DNA from: Bacteroidia bacterium
GTDB lineage: Bacteria; Bacteroidota; Bacteroidia; UBA10329
Length of the DNA stretch: 52,962 nucleotides
Reading direction: 5' to 3'
NCBI GenBank assembly: GCA_047611425.1
Contig: JBLFWJ010000002.1
Location: 1-52,962 of the forward strand
A program made the translations under genes and the position numbers. Positions 43,854-52,962 of this stretch are shown in pieces; the stretch's first letter is position 1, and every line of letters starts with the position of its first letter. The notes beneath the pieces are model-generated. The model saw only the letters and a program-made list of their open reading frames with translations, searched no databases and had not been told where the DNA came from.

Positions 43854-45110
43854 TCAAATAGAGTATGCTCCGAGCATGAGAATTGGATTCTCCATCATTC
43901 GCTTAAACGTTTGTAGGAATTTGGATCCAGTTGCGCCATCAACCACGCGGTGATCGCAAGAAAGCGTCACCTTCATCACGTTTCCAGGAGCGATCTGTCC
44001 ATCTTTTACAACAGGCACCTGACTAATGCCACCTACCGCCATAATGCAGCTGTCAGGTGGATTTACAATTGCCGTGAATTCTTCAATGCCGAACATTCCC
44101 AAATTTGAAATAGTGAATGTGTTGCCTTCCCAATCTTCAGGTTGAAGTTTCTTGTCGTGCGCCTTTTGGGCGTAATTCCGAACTTCTGCTGAAATTGATG
44201 TCAACGATTTCGTATCCGCAAATCGCACAACAGGCACAAGTAATCCTTCATCAACAGCTACGGCCACACCAATATGAACGTGGTCGTTGTATCGAATATG
44301 ATCTTCCATCCATGCAGAATTCACCTTAGGATTTTCCTTCAAAGCGACAGCACACGCCTTAATAACGAGATCATTGAAGCTGATCTTCAATGAAGCCACT
44401 TCGTTAATCGCCTTGCGCGCGTCCATCATTCTGTCCATGTCAATGCTCATGGTCAGATAGAAATGTGGTGCAGTAAACTTGCTTTCGGCTAATCTGCGAG
44501 CAATTGTTTTTCGCATCTGCGAAACAGGCTCATCCGTAAAGGATTCTACCTGAGCACCCATATTCATACCAAGGCCTCCGCTGAAATTGTCAACGTCACG
44601 CTTAATAATTCTACCAGCGTCTCCAGTGCCTTTTAGCATCTTAAGATCCAATCCTTTCTCTGCAGCTAACTTCTTAGCAAGTGGAGAGGCTTTCATCCTT
44701 CCGTTTGTCGAAGCCATGATTGGTGCAGGAGCTGGAGCTGCGTGTTTTGCCGGTTCCGCTTTTGCTACAGGAGCAACTTTGGCTGGAGCTGGTGAAGCTT
44801 CTTCTTTCTTTTCCTCCACAACTTCTTCCACCTTGTTCTTTTCAGCATCTAAAAGGGGTTGAATATCCTCACCCTTTTCTCCCAGAATTGCCAGAATCGA
44901 GTCGATTGGCGCGGTCTTTCCAACTCCAATTCCCTGGTATAAAAGCACGCCATCCTGAAACGACTCAAACTCCATAGTCGCTTTGTCGGTCTCAATCTCT
45001 GCCAACAAGTCACCAGAAGTAACTGTGTCCCCAACATTTTTATGCCACGCAGCCACCACACCATCAGTCATGGTGTCACTCAACTTGGGCATTCTTACAA
45101 TTTCAGCCAT
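43854..45110 (-). CDS. pdhC: Pyruvate dehydrogenase complex E2 (dihydrolipoamide acetyltransferase)
   Basis: Lipoyl motif EIETDKATME, followed by an Ala/Pro linker. Subunit-binding domain SPLAKKLAAEKGLDLKMLKGTGDAGRIIKRDV. Catalytic motif SCDHRVVDG. It lies directly downstream of pdhA. Confidence 0.85.
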   Translation of the reverse strand: MAEIVRMPKLSDTMTDGVVAAWHKNVGDTVTSGDLLAEIETDKATMEFESFQDGVLLYQGIGVGKTAPIDSILAILGEKGEDIQPLLDAEKNKVEEVVEEKKEEASPAPAKVAPVAKAEPAKHAAPAPAPIMASTNGRMKASPLAKKLAAEKGLDLKMLKGTGDAGRIIKRDVDNFSGGLGMNMGAQVESFTDEPVSQMRKTIARRLAESKFTAPHFYLTMSIDMDRMMDARKAINEVASLKISFNDLVIKACAVALKENPKVNSAWMEDHIRYNDHVHIGVAVAVDEGLLVPVVRFADTKSLTSISAEVRNYAQKAHDKKLQPEDWEGNTFTISNLGMFGIEEFTAIVNPPDSCIMAVGGISQVPVVKDGQIAPGNVMKVTLSCDHRVVDGATGSKFLQTFKRMMENPILMLGAYSI

Positions 45111-45146
45111 ATCTAGCTTTTAGGTATTAGGTATTGGCTATTAGCC

Positions 45147-46148
45147 TCAATCAGTAATAAATGGATAGTCCTCTTGAGCATAAACATCTTCGTACAATGC
45201 TTTGCCATCAGGAAATGGAGATTCTTCAGCAAAATCAACACATTCTTGTACTCGAACTGCAATTGACTTTCCAATCTTTTCCAACTCATCGTCAGAAGCA
45301 TATTTCTTCTTCTTAATCACAGCCAACACTTGCTGAATTGGATCCCGAGACTTGTATTCCTCTACCTCTTCTTTGGTTCGATATTTAGCTGGATCACTCA
45401 TAGAGTGTCCTTTATATCGGTAGGTATTAATCTCCAATAGAGTTGGTCCGTCTCCTTTTCTTGCGCGATCAACTCCGTCTTTTACGCCATCATAAACCGC
45501 TACTGGATCCATTCCATCTACCGGAGCCGAAGGCATCTCGAATGCATGACCTAGCTTGTAAAGATCAGTCACGTTACTTGTCCGTTCCACGGATGTTCCC
45601 ATCGAGTAGCCGTTGTTTTCGATGATGAAAATGACTGGAAGTTTCCAAGTCATCGCCATATTCAATGCTTCATGAAAAGCACCTTGTCGAACGGCTCCGT
45701 CTCCCATATAGCAAAGGGTAACGTTTTTGGTTCCTCGATACTTTTCAGCAAACGCAATTCCTGCACCTAAAGGCACTTGACCACCAACGATACCATGACC
45801 GCCCCAGAATTTATGCTCCTTGGAAAACATGTGCATGGATCCACCCTTTCCCTTTACGCAGCCGGTCACTTTCCCATACAATTCGGCCATAACTTCCTTT
45901 GCAGGGACACCCATTGCAATTGGATGCACGTGATCACGATATGCTGTAATAACGTTATCGCCTTTTTCGAGAGCTTCTGCACTACCTGCCACAACAGCCT
46001 CTTGACCTATGTATAGATGACAGAATCCTCTAATCTTTTGTTGGATGTATAGTTGCCCACACTTCTCTTCAAACTTGCGATAGAAGAGCATATCCTCATA
46101 CCATTTAAGATATGTCTCTTTCCCGAAAGTGGTCTTTTTCTTCGCCAT
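45147..46148 (-). CDS. pdhA: Pyruvate dehydrogenase E1 alpha subunit
   Basis: TPP-binding motif YMGDGAVRQGAFHEALNMA...IENNGY, plus YRYKGHSMSDP. Confidence 0.9.
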   Translation of the reverse strand: MAKKKTTFGKETYLKWYEDMLFYRKFEEKCGQLYIQQKIRGFCHLYIGQEAVVAGSAEALEKGDNVITAYRDHVHPIAMGVPAKEVMAELYGKVTGCVKGKGGSMHMFSKEHKFWGGHGIVGGQVPLGAGIAFAEKYRGTKNVTLCYMGDGAVRQGAFHEALNMAMTWKLPVIFIIENNGYSMGTSVERTSNVTDLYKLGHAFEMPSAPVDGMDPVAVYDGVKDGVDRARKGDGPTLLEINTYRYKGHSMSDPAKYRTKEEVEEYKSRDPIQQVLAVIKKKKYASDDELEKIGKSIAVRVQECVDFAEESPFPDGKALYEDVYAQEDYPFITD

Positions 46149-46202
46149 GGAATCAATACAATTAAGGGGGTAAAAATAGCTAGAAAGGCAGGCAAAAAGC
46201 GC

Positions 46203-46691
46203 TCACTTTCTAAGACCACTTGCATCAAAGGCAAACGGTAATAACACGCGGGCATCCTCAATCACGACAACCTTCTTTTTAGGAGAAGAAAGAATCAACT
46301 TAATGGGTGAATCATGTCGCATTTGACATTCCATAATCACCTGTCTGCAAGCGCCACATGGCGTAATCACATCTTCTAATTCAAACTCTTCTGACCCAGC
46401 AATAATGGCCATGGTTTTTACAGCCTGATCTGGAAATAACGTTCCTGCTGAAAATATGGCTACACGTTCGGCACAAAGACCTGAAGGATAGGCCACGTTT
46501 TCCTGATTACTCCCTAAAACGATTTCGCCATTGGCAAGCAATGCTGCAGCGCCTACCCGAAACTTAGAGTACGGAGCATAAGCTACCGAAGCTGCTTCCT
46601 CTGCTTTGCGTAAAAGATTTTTCTCCGTATTCGAAAGTTCTGAATCGTCAGAATAAACTACTGCTTTTACGTGTTCCGAATATTCCTTCAT
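46203..46691 (-). CDS. cdd: Cytidine deaminase
   Basis: Zinc-binding motifs CAERVAIF and PCGACRQ. 162 aa. Confidence 0.9.
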   Translation of the reverse strand: MKEYSEHVKAVVYSDDSELSNTEKNLLRKAEEAASVAYAPYSKFRVGAAALLANGEIVLGSNQENVAYPSGLCAERVAIFSAGTLFPDQAVKTMAIIAGSEEFELEDVITPCGACRQVIMECQMRHDSPIKLILSSPKKKVVVIEDARVLLPFAFDASGLRK

Positions 46692-46710
46692 GGCGATGAA
46701 ATTAGAAATT

Positions 46711-47193
46711 TCAGAGTGGAAAGATCATACAAACCGCGTAGGCTTTGATGCCCCGCTCTTCTCCTACAAAACTCATCTTTTCAGATGTGGTTGCCTTAAT
46801 AGAGATTTGACCTGTTTGGCAATCCATAACCTTAGCCAAAACCTCTTTAATCTTATCGATATGAGGATTAACCTTCGGACGCTCCAAAACTACCGTTGCA
46901 TCTATATTTCCCAGTCGATAACCTTTCTCTGCAAGAAGCTCCATAACACGAGCAAGTAACTTCTTACTATCCGCTCCTTTGTAAGCCGGGTCTGTATCTG
47001 GAAAGTGATATCCGATGTCTCGCAAATCAGCAGCGCCAAGAATGGCATCGCAAATAGCGTGAATCAGTACATCCGCATCGGAATGTCCTACAGATCCTTT
47101 TTCAAAATCAAGTTTGATACCTCCTAGCCAGAGGTCATATCCTTCAGCTAACTGATGAATATCGTACCCGAATCCGATTCGGCTGTCCATCAT
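46711..47193 (-). CDS. ispF: 2-C-methyl-D-erythritol 2,4-cyclodiphosphate synthase
   Basis: Motifs IGFGYDIHQL, GHSDADVLIHAICDA and ATTSEKMSFVG. 160 aa. Confidence 0.95.
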   Translation of the reverse strand: MMDSRIGFGYDIHQLAEGYDLWLGGIKLDFEKGSVGHSDADVLIHAICDAILGAADLRDIGYHFPDTDPAYKGADSKKLLARVMELLAEKGYRLGNIDATVVLERPKVNPHIDKIKEVLAKVMDCQTGQISIKATTSEKMSFVGEERGIKAYAVCMIFPL

Positions 47194-48473
47194 TCAGCTG
47201 TACTTCCTTCTTCAGTCTTCTTTTTTGAAGAATCGAAATCGAAGGTTAGGGTAAATCTTAGCGTGTTTGCCAAAGGATGCTGTTGCTTCAACGGAATCAG
47301 ATAGGCGAAATCCAATCCGAATACATTATATCGGATAGTCGCTCCCAATGTAAAGAACTGACGATCGCCTTTCGAAGCATCTTCGTGAAAATAACCAGCT
47401 CGAATACCGAATTGCTTATTATAGAAGTATTCCAACCCGGCTGACCAATTCACCTCTCTAAATTCCTCAGCGGTTCCGCCTGGTGCGTCTCCAAATGATT
47501 GGAAAATCCCGGTAGGTACACCAACATTTGGATCTTTGCCTCTCGAAATTACTTGATTGTTTTCCGAATCTAACTCTGGGTTACCATCTTCATCTAACTT
47601 ATACTCTGGCGGTGTTGGTACCAGCAATTTGCTCGCATCAACATAAACACCCAAAGAATTGTGATCGTCAACGTGCATCTTGAAACCAACGCCCAATCGC
47701 ATATTCGTTGGAATAAAATCCTTTTCATTGGTTTCGGTATAGGCCATTTTCGAACCAATATTGGAGAAGTTGATTCCTGCTGAAATTTCGGTCTTCATGT
47801 TTTTAATCTCAACCTTTTTGGTATTGTAATAGAAACTAAGATCTGCTGCAAATGCCTGGCCAGGCTTTGTTTCCGCACCGCCAACGCTAACCCCACCTGT
47901 CAGGTTTGAGTAGATGTATCGAAGCGCAATTCCGCCAGAAAACTCTTTAGACAGCTTTCTAGCATACGCTACATCCAGGGCAAATTCGCTTGGATTAAAG
48001 TCTCTAATGAAATCTCCATTCTGATCCGTAAACTGAATATTACCAAGCGAGAAAAATCTCAAGGAACCACCAATTGTTTGTTGCTTCTTTTTACCAATTC
48101 TTCCATAGCCTGATAGGTAAGCAAGATTGATATCTGGAACTAAAGCTCGCAACCACGGAGTATAGCTTAGGTGAACACCAAACGTCTTGTCAACAAATGC
48201 CAATTTTGAAGGATTCCAATGAATGGAACTTCCGTCTGCATCCGTAGCCGCTCCAACTTCGGCAAAACCACCGCCTCTAGCATCTGGGCCAATCATAAGG
48301 AATGGAACAGCGGTGGTAATGGTATTCAATTGCACGTCTTCAGCTCGTTGCCCCTGACCTGTAGTCGGTGATTGAGCTTTCGAAATGTGTACCATGGAGA
48401 ACATGGCAAAGAGAATACACGTGTTTTTCAAACTGAACATGCATGATTTTTTAAGGATCGCAAATATAGCCAT
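47190..48473 (-). CDS. porV: T9SS outer-membrane shuttle/channel protein PorV (LptO)
   Basis: Signal peptide ...VHISKA|QS (Met12 at 48440 is an alternative start). PorV-type N-terminal motif FLMIGPDARGGGFAEVGAATDAD..SIHWNPSKLAF. FadL-like barrel. It lies immediately downstream of porU. Confidence 0.85.
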   Translation of the reverse strand: MAIFAILKKSCMFSLKNTCILFAMFSMVHISKAQSPTTGQGQRAEDVQLNTITTAVPFLMIGPDARGGGFAEVGAATDADGSSIHWNPSKLAFVDKTFGVHLSYTPWLRALVPDINLAYLSGYGRIGKKKQQTIGGSLRFFSLGNIQFTDQNGDFIRDFNPSEFALDVAYARKLSKEFSGGIALRYIYSNLTGGVSVGGAETKPGQAFAADLSFYYNTKKVEIKNMKTEISAGINFSNIGSKMAYTETNEKDFIPTNMRLGVGFKMHVDDHNSLGVYVDASKLLVPTPPEYKLDEDGNPELDSENNQVISRGKDPNVGVPTGIFQSFGDAPGGTAEEFREVNWSAGLEYFYNKQFGIRAGYFHEDASKGDRQFFTLGATIRYNVFGLDFAYLIPLKQQHPLANTLRFTLTFDFDSSKKKTEEGSTAE

Positions 48474-48491
48474 ATCAAGTAGTTCGGGGGA

Positions 48492-51400
48492 TTAATTCAG
48501 TATGACCAATTTTTCCAACTGTTCGGCCACTTGGCCGTCTGGTGTACTCACTTTTAAATTGTACACGTAAACCCCCTTTCCGATCTTCTGTCCATAGTCA
48601 TCCAAGCCGTTCCAATCAATAGGATCGCCATGGAAACCATCGTTGTGAACGGTTTCATTTATTGTCTTTACCAGTTTTCCGGAAACTGTAAATACTTGCA
48701 CCTGAACGGCCAAGTCATTACACGCTTGATTGTGTTCGAAGTAGAATGAAGTACGTGTAGTAAATGGATTAGGATAGTTCAGTACGTGATTAAGTGCAAG
48801 GTTGGCCGATTCAGAAACAACAAATTCGGTGAATGCCTCTGATGAGTTATTGTGGACATCCCACACTTTGACTTTTAAACTGTGTACGCCTTCGCTCAAT
48901 TCACTAAAAGGATACGAAATCCTTCCGCTCTGGTAACTGTCCATATCACTTTGGTAAAAGTCGTTGAGATTGATGGTATTTCCAGAATTCTCATCTAAGA
49001 CTGCGGTTAAGTCATGACCAATTCCATTTCCTACGGTATTTATTCCGTTGCTATCTACAACAACAGCAAGTAACAATGGGTTCTCATCCGTTGTTCCTCC
49101 GTAGGCGAATTGTTCATCATTCATATAAAGTTGAACATCTGGGCCAACTCCATCCAACACCACATCGCTTGAGGAGCCACCTATGATAAAGTCGTGTGAG
49201 TATCCGTTGGCATTAGTCGTTTCATTTTCTGCATAGTAGCTAAACCGGCCAAAATCGAAGTTGTAGGCAATGTCTCTCGGTACAACAAATTGAAATTGAA
49301 AGCTTCCATCGGTTACGCTGGCCTTTCCTCGAAAAACAAGGCTTTTGCGCACCTTAAATGGTGCTGGATATGAGGATGGATCATTGCCCAATGTTGTAGC
49401 CGTAGTTTCCTTGTCAAATACTGTCGGGTATATCACTCCGTTGAAATTGGTCATGTTAGCCCCTGTTTCGCTATTTACAAGCTTACCAGAAACAGAAACC
49501 AGCTCCAATGCACTTAACGTATCGATTGTAGTTGTGACCGATAGTCCATTTACGGTGAGAGTAGAAACATCGTGCTCCGGATAGGCTAAACGCTGGGCAG
49601 GATCACCGAGTAACGAGAAGTTTCGATTATTCACATCGCTACCTGCAGCTACTTTTGTCATCCGGATAACATCACCCATAGTCGGGTCACCCCAGAGTTG
49701 TTCGTTAAAAAGATTCTGGTAGAACTTCATATTAAGGTTGAAGTTTGGCGCGGAATAAACCAATCGAGATGTTGTGAAAAGAGCGATCCCTCCACCATTT
49801 GGGTTTAAAAGCACCAACTCACCAGCAGAAACTCTAGAAGGATCATCGTACCTACTGAATTCGCAAGTTGCCGTGACAAAGGCCGGCAGATTACTAGCAT
49901 TTGACCAGGCATTAATGTCCGAAATTCCGAGCACGCGCTCATGCGTCCATCCCAGTTCGCCACCATGGCCAGTATAATTCACGATCAGTGCTCCCTTTTC
50001 AATATTGTTGTTCAAGTCAACCTGAACCTCAGGATATCGTTGGCCTCCAGGAGTGGACACCTGTACGTATGCATCCAGATAAATCTTGGTAAGGTTGTAT
50101 TCTGGATATCTAGATTGAATGGTATCCGCCAATTCATCCGCCTGATTAAAGTGCATGTTCCCGTCCTCATCATCAGCAATCATTACAACTCGATTTCTCC
50201 AATCTGGTGCAACCACGGCCGATCCCACTCCATTAATACATTCTTCTTGGCCTCCTATTGAAGAACCGGCAGCGTTTACTTCTTCGTACCTCAGTATTTT
50301 ATCGACCACTCCTGTTGCGTCTTCAAGGGTTCTTACGGGAAAACGGCCAACTCCAATATCCAATGCATCAGCGCTACTTGCCGTCCAATGCCCTTCACTT
50401 GGGTCTAACATGCCAAAATAATCGTCCGAGGCATAGCTTCTCGTAGGAAGCATAGACTCATAACTCTCGAAGGTTGGGACGAAGTTGGTATTGCCATCCA
50501 AGACATCCTTATAATCATATGAGGCATCTCCAAACAATAGAAGGTATCTGGCCATATTACTTGGATTGCTCCCTGCTCGTTCATAGAACATCCGCATGAA
50601 GTCCCTAATAGCACAGATGTCCTGTGCCCCAGATGAGAACTCATTGTAAATTTCCTCTGGAGAAACAACATGAACACTCAGTGACCGCTTTTCCGAATTT
50701 CGGTGAAAATCAGCTAACCGGTCAGCTTCAGTTACAAAATCAGGGTGAGCTACAATAATCATATTAGCTTGAGAAAGCCCATGAAGGTTCTGGTTCTCAA
50801 CGCCCCCTTCCAACTCAACACTACGATAGCCTGCACCGTTAAACGAAGCAAATTGCCGAACTGACTCAGTTGATAAAGCAAATGTCTGAATTGACCCATT
50901 CTGCTCTACTACCTGTCGCTTTACATTAGTTGGATCCGTTACGTCCCAAAGCAGGACCGAACTGCTGGTATTCGCCAGTCTAAATTCCGTAATGTTTCCT
51001 ACGCCAACGGATCTGCTATCTCGAAACAGAACCTCACTTCCAGAATAGGTCAAATTCCTACGGACATTTACCTCTACATGATCCAACCAACCTTGTGCGT
51101 TGCTTACCGCTTTATTGAACTCCAAGTCAATGGATACACTAGAAGATCCAGTAATTATCTCTTGACACGAAATAACTGTTTCGGCAAACTTTTGATAATA
51201 TTCCCCAGTTACGGATCCAGGCGTGACGGTAAATTCATTCCCACCATTCACATTAAATTGAAAGCTTGACGGGGTTCCGATGCTTCTAGAAACAACTCGA
51301 GTTCTCAATTTAATGGGCTCAGCAGTGATTCTATTAACAAATCCGAAGCTTAGAGATTGAGATGTCGTGATATCCAATACTTGACCGTACCATTCTCTTC

Positions 51401-52502
51401 CAGATTTCAGCAGGTTGTGCTCATCACTTTCGAAAAAACCATAGTCGTCAAAACTTGTCGCAACGGTATTGTGTGGTGTATCTGCATTAACTTGGTTCTG
51501 AACACGCTTACCATTGCCAGATCCTACTTTTAGAAAATAAAAAGTCTTCTCACTATAGAGATGTTTAATATGATGAAACGCCATGCAGGAGTTTGAATCA
51601 GCTTCTGTCCATCTATGAGGACCCTGCCCATAGAATACGATTTTATCATCGCTATCAAAATCCCCATCACTTTCGCCAGTTACAATAATCGCATTCTCCT
51701 GAAGGTCATCTAATCTCTCTTCACCGTTGATTATTGGAACCATACCTCCACCATTACCATAGAGCGAAATCTTCCGAGGGTCTATACTTGAAGGATCCAT
51801 TCCAAGCGCCTCTAAGTCACTATAAGTAATGTTGTAAATCCCATCTTCTGCCACCGATATTTTGTACCACGAACCACCAGCAAGCTTGGAGCTAGACGCA
51901 AAACCAGCTGCAGAACTAGACCTTGAAGCACTTACCCCAACAATTGACTCATTCAAATTAAATCGAGTCAACTTCTCAATAGTGCCAGTAACTTGATTTC
52001 TTCTAAGCGGAACAATTCTCAATCTGGTCAAATGCTGTTTGGCACTTATCATGTCATCAGTTGCTATGGCCACCTCAGTTCCGATTTTATCGAGGTCCGT
52101 AAGACCTTCCAATTCATCTGAACTCAAGATCTCATATTCCGCATCAACTACTTCTGCTCTTATTGATCTACCGTTTGACGTAGGAAACAACTGCACGTAT
52201 ACAGGTAAATCCCCAGTTTCCGAAAAATTAGACGATCCAGTAAACAACAAAAATTTCTTTGTGTTGCCTTCAGAAGGCGTTTCGGTATAGACAGGCTGCC
52301 ATCCAATGCTCAACTTTCCATCATTCTTCTCAATCCTCTTATCAACTCTGTCGATTAGTCCCTCAGCTTGAACTTGAGGATACACACTAATGGAAGGCGT
52401 AAGGCTTGGGCTGACCGTCTTGCTCCCTGTCTTAGAAACCTGGGCTGCCAGCGATATTGGAAATAACGCCAACAGAAGTAGCGTTCCTATTCGGATTTTC
52501 AT
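48492..52502 (-). CDS. porU: T9SS C-terminal signal peptidase/sortase PorU (C25 gingipain-like peptidase domain)
   Basis: 1336 aa with signal peptide ISLAA|QV. The candidate catalytic His lies in NYTGHGGELGW and the candidate catalytic Cys in FVTATCEFSRYD. C-terminal CTD-like strands are YPNPFTTRTSFYF...GVYVYNLKVSTPDG...LVILN. It shows porU-porV synteny. Confidence 0.85.
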   Translation of the reverse strand: MKIRIGTLLLLALFPISLAAQVSKTGSKTVSPSLTPSISVYPQVQAEGLIDRVDKRIEKNDGKLSIGWQPVYTETPSEGNTKKFLLFTGSSNFSETGDLPVYVQLFPTSNGRSIRAEVVDAEYEILSSDELEGLTDLDKIGTEVAIATDDMISAKQHLTRLRIVPLRRNQVTGTIEKLTRFNLNESIVGVSASRSSSAAGFASSSKLAGGSWYKISVAEDGIYNITYSDLEALGMDPSSIDPRKISLYGNGGGMVPIINGEERLDDLQENAIIVTGESDGDFDSDDKIVFYGQGPHRWTEADSNSCMAFHHIKHLYSEKTFYFLKVGSGNGKRVQNQVNADTPHNTVATSFDDYGFFESDEHNLLKSGREWYGQVLDITTSQSLSFGFVNRITAEPIKLRTRVVSRSIGTPSSFQFNVNGGNEFTVTPGSVTGEYYQKFAETVISCQEIITGSSSVSIDLEFNKAVSNAQGWLDHVEVNVRRNLTYSGSEVLFRDSRSVGVGNITEFRLANTSSSVLLWDVTDPTNVKRQVVEQNGSIQTFALSTESVRQFASFNGAGYRSVELEGGVENQNLHGLSQANMIIVAHPDFVTEADRLADFHRNSEKRSLSVHVVSPEEIYNEFSSGAQDICAIRDFMRMFYERAGSNPSNMARYLLLFGDASYDYKDVLDGNTNFVPTFESYESMLPTRSYASDDYFGMLDPSEGHWTASSADALDIGVGRFPVRTLEDATGVVDKILRYEEVNAAGSSIGGQEECINGVGSAVVAPDWRNRVVMIADDEDGNMHFNQADELADTIQSRYPEYNLTKIYLDAYVQVSTPGGQRYPEVQVDLNNNIEKGALIVNYTGHGGELGWTHERVLGISDINAWSNASNLPAFVTATCEFSRYDDPSRVSAGELVLLNPNGGGIALFTTSRLVYSAPNFNLNMKFYQNLFNEQLWGDPTMGDVIRMTKVAAGSDVNNRNFSLLGDPAQRLAYPEHDVSTLTVNGLSVTTTIDTLSALELVSVSGKLVNSETGANMTNFNGVIYPTVFDKETTATTLGNDPSSYPAPFKVRKSLVFRGKASVTDGSFQFQFVVPRDIAYNFDFGRFSYYAENETTNANGYSHDFIIGGSSSDVVLDGVGPDVQLYMNDEQFAYGGTTDENPLLLAVVVDSNGINTVGNGIGHDLTAVLDENSGNTINLNDFYQSDMDSYQSGRISYPFSELSEGVHSLKVKVWDVHNNSSEAFTEFVVSESANLALNHVLNYPNPFTTRTSFYFEHNQACNDLAVQVQVFTVSGKLVKTINETVHNDGFHGDPIDWNGLDDYGQKIGKGVYVYNLKVSTPDGQVAEQLEKLVILN

Positions 52503-52742
52503 TTGTTCGGTATTGGGGGTAATTAATCCCTAATTGCTGCAAAGTTGCCATTTATAATAAATGGTTGGCGTAAGCCGTTTGACTTAAACCAATAGCACAA
52601 CATTTTGGATGTTGGCGATTTAACGAGGTGCTTTACCTATTATTGCATTGACCGTCAAAAAACACTGATACCGAGCAAATTGAAGGGAATCGCAGATAAT
52701 TATAATTCGTATTATTGTAACTTGAATTTTTTGAGATTCAGA

Positions 52743-52962
52743 ATGCTCAAGCAGTACTTTATTGCCTTGTTTACGTTGGTTGTGGTGGTTGGATCGGTAG
52801 AAGAGTCCTTGGCCCAGGATCCGCAATTCACACAATTCTACGCCAATCCGTTATATCTTAATCCAGCTTTTGCTGGTTCCAAGAGGTGTCCACGGGTTGT
52901 GATGAACTATCGTAACCAATGGCCTGCCATTTCCGGCACATTCGTCACCTATAGTGCATCTT
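52743..52962 (+). CDS. PorP/SprF-family T9SS membrane protein, N-terminal 73 codons only (runs off the window)
   Basis: It is not in the ORF track because no stop is reached. The translation is MLKQYFIALFTLVVVVGSVEESLA|QDPQFTQFYANPLYLNPAFAGSKRCPRVVMNYRNQWPAISG. This carries the family hallmark QDxxFSQ(F/Y)...LNPAFAG...YR.QW. Confidence 0.8.
   Translation, partial: MLKQYFIALFTLVVVVGSVEESLAQDPQFTQFYANPLYLNPAFAGSKRCPRVVMNYRNQWPAISGTFVTYSAS

Noticed and set aside
43854-46148. Missing E1-beta gene between pdhA and the E2 gene, and the orphan second E2 at 20666-21991, as possible anomalies
   Set aside because: Split PDH/BCKDH loci with E1-beta elsewhere are, as far as I recall, common in Flavobacteriia. 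This cannot be evaluated from this window alone.
52544-52561. AT-rich palindrome CCATTTAT-a-ATAAATGG in the porU/porP divergent intergenic region, considered as a possible operator
   Set aside because: It is short, AT-rich and present in a single copy. There is no second half-site or associated regulator in the window, so it is indistinguishable from chance.
52620-52835. 71-aa minus-strand ORF overlapping the porP/sprF start
   Set aside because: It overlaps a gene with an unmistakable family N-terminus on the other strand. It has no features of its own.

Overview
This 52.9-kb window is chromosomal DNA from a Bacteroidota genome, probably a Flavobacteriales-type organism. The evidence is porU/porV/porP-type T9SS genes, T9SS C-terminal sorting domains, signal peptides that almost all cleave before Gln, and TAnnTTTG -7 boxes. 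I support about 39 protein-coding genes and see no rRNA, tRNA or CRISPR array.

Gene content by region:
- 1-6.2 kb: a T9SS-sorted M1 peptidase, two outer-membrane proteins, a FAH-family enzyme and a DnaQ-like exonuclease.
- 6.2-20.6 kb: the most unusual block. Five co-directional, tightly spaced genes encode four PorE-like paralogs (TPR, PD40 propeller and CRD; two also end in a peptidoglycan-binding OmpA_C domain). The fifth encodes a 1220-aa coiled-coil/TPR protein with four internal repeat modules. One paralog carries a eukaryote-type 7-bladed WD40 insert. Another carries a spacer of about 500 aa made of coiled coil, a Pro-rich linker and more coiled coil.
- 20.7-22.0 kb: an orphan 2-oxoacid dehydrogenase E2.
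- 22.0-25.8 kb: a small decayed accessory patch. It holds two 72-bp direct repeats that sit exactly at gene-truncation junctions (a 5'-truncated RAYT/IS200-like remnant and a 3'-truncated DUF423 gene). It also holds a small T9SS cargo gene, a hotdog thioesterase interrupted by a 1228-bp IS with perfect 24-bp inverted repeats, and a GC-rich T9SS-CTD remnant. The IS transposase start codon is out of frame at an A7 tract.
- 25.8-40.2 kb: housekeeping genes. These are a GT2/WbaP-like fusion, recR, an SSF symporter, PhoD-like and GMC enzymes, guaB, a parvulin/SurA trio and moxR.
- 40.2-52.5 kb: one long minus-strand string of porU-porV-ispF-cdd-pdhA-E2-large OMP, followed by the start of a divergent porP/sprF gene.

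All functional calls come from motif and architecture recognition by eye. No database search was run.
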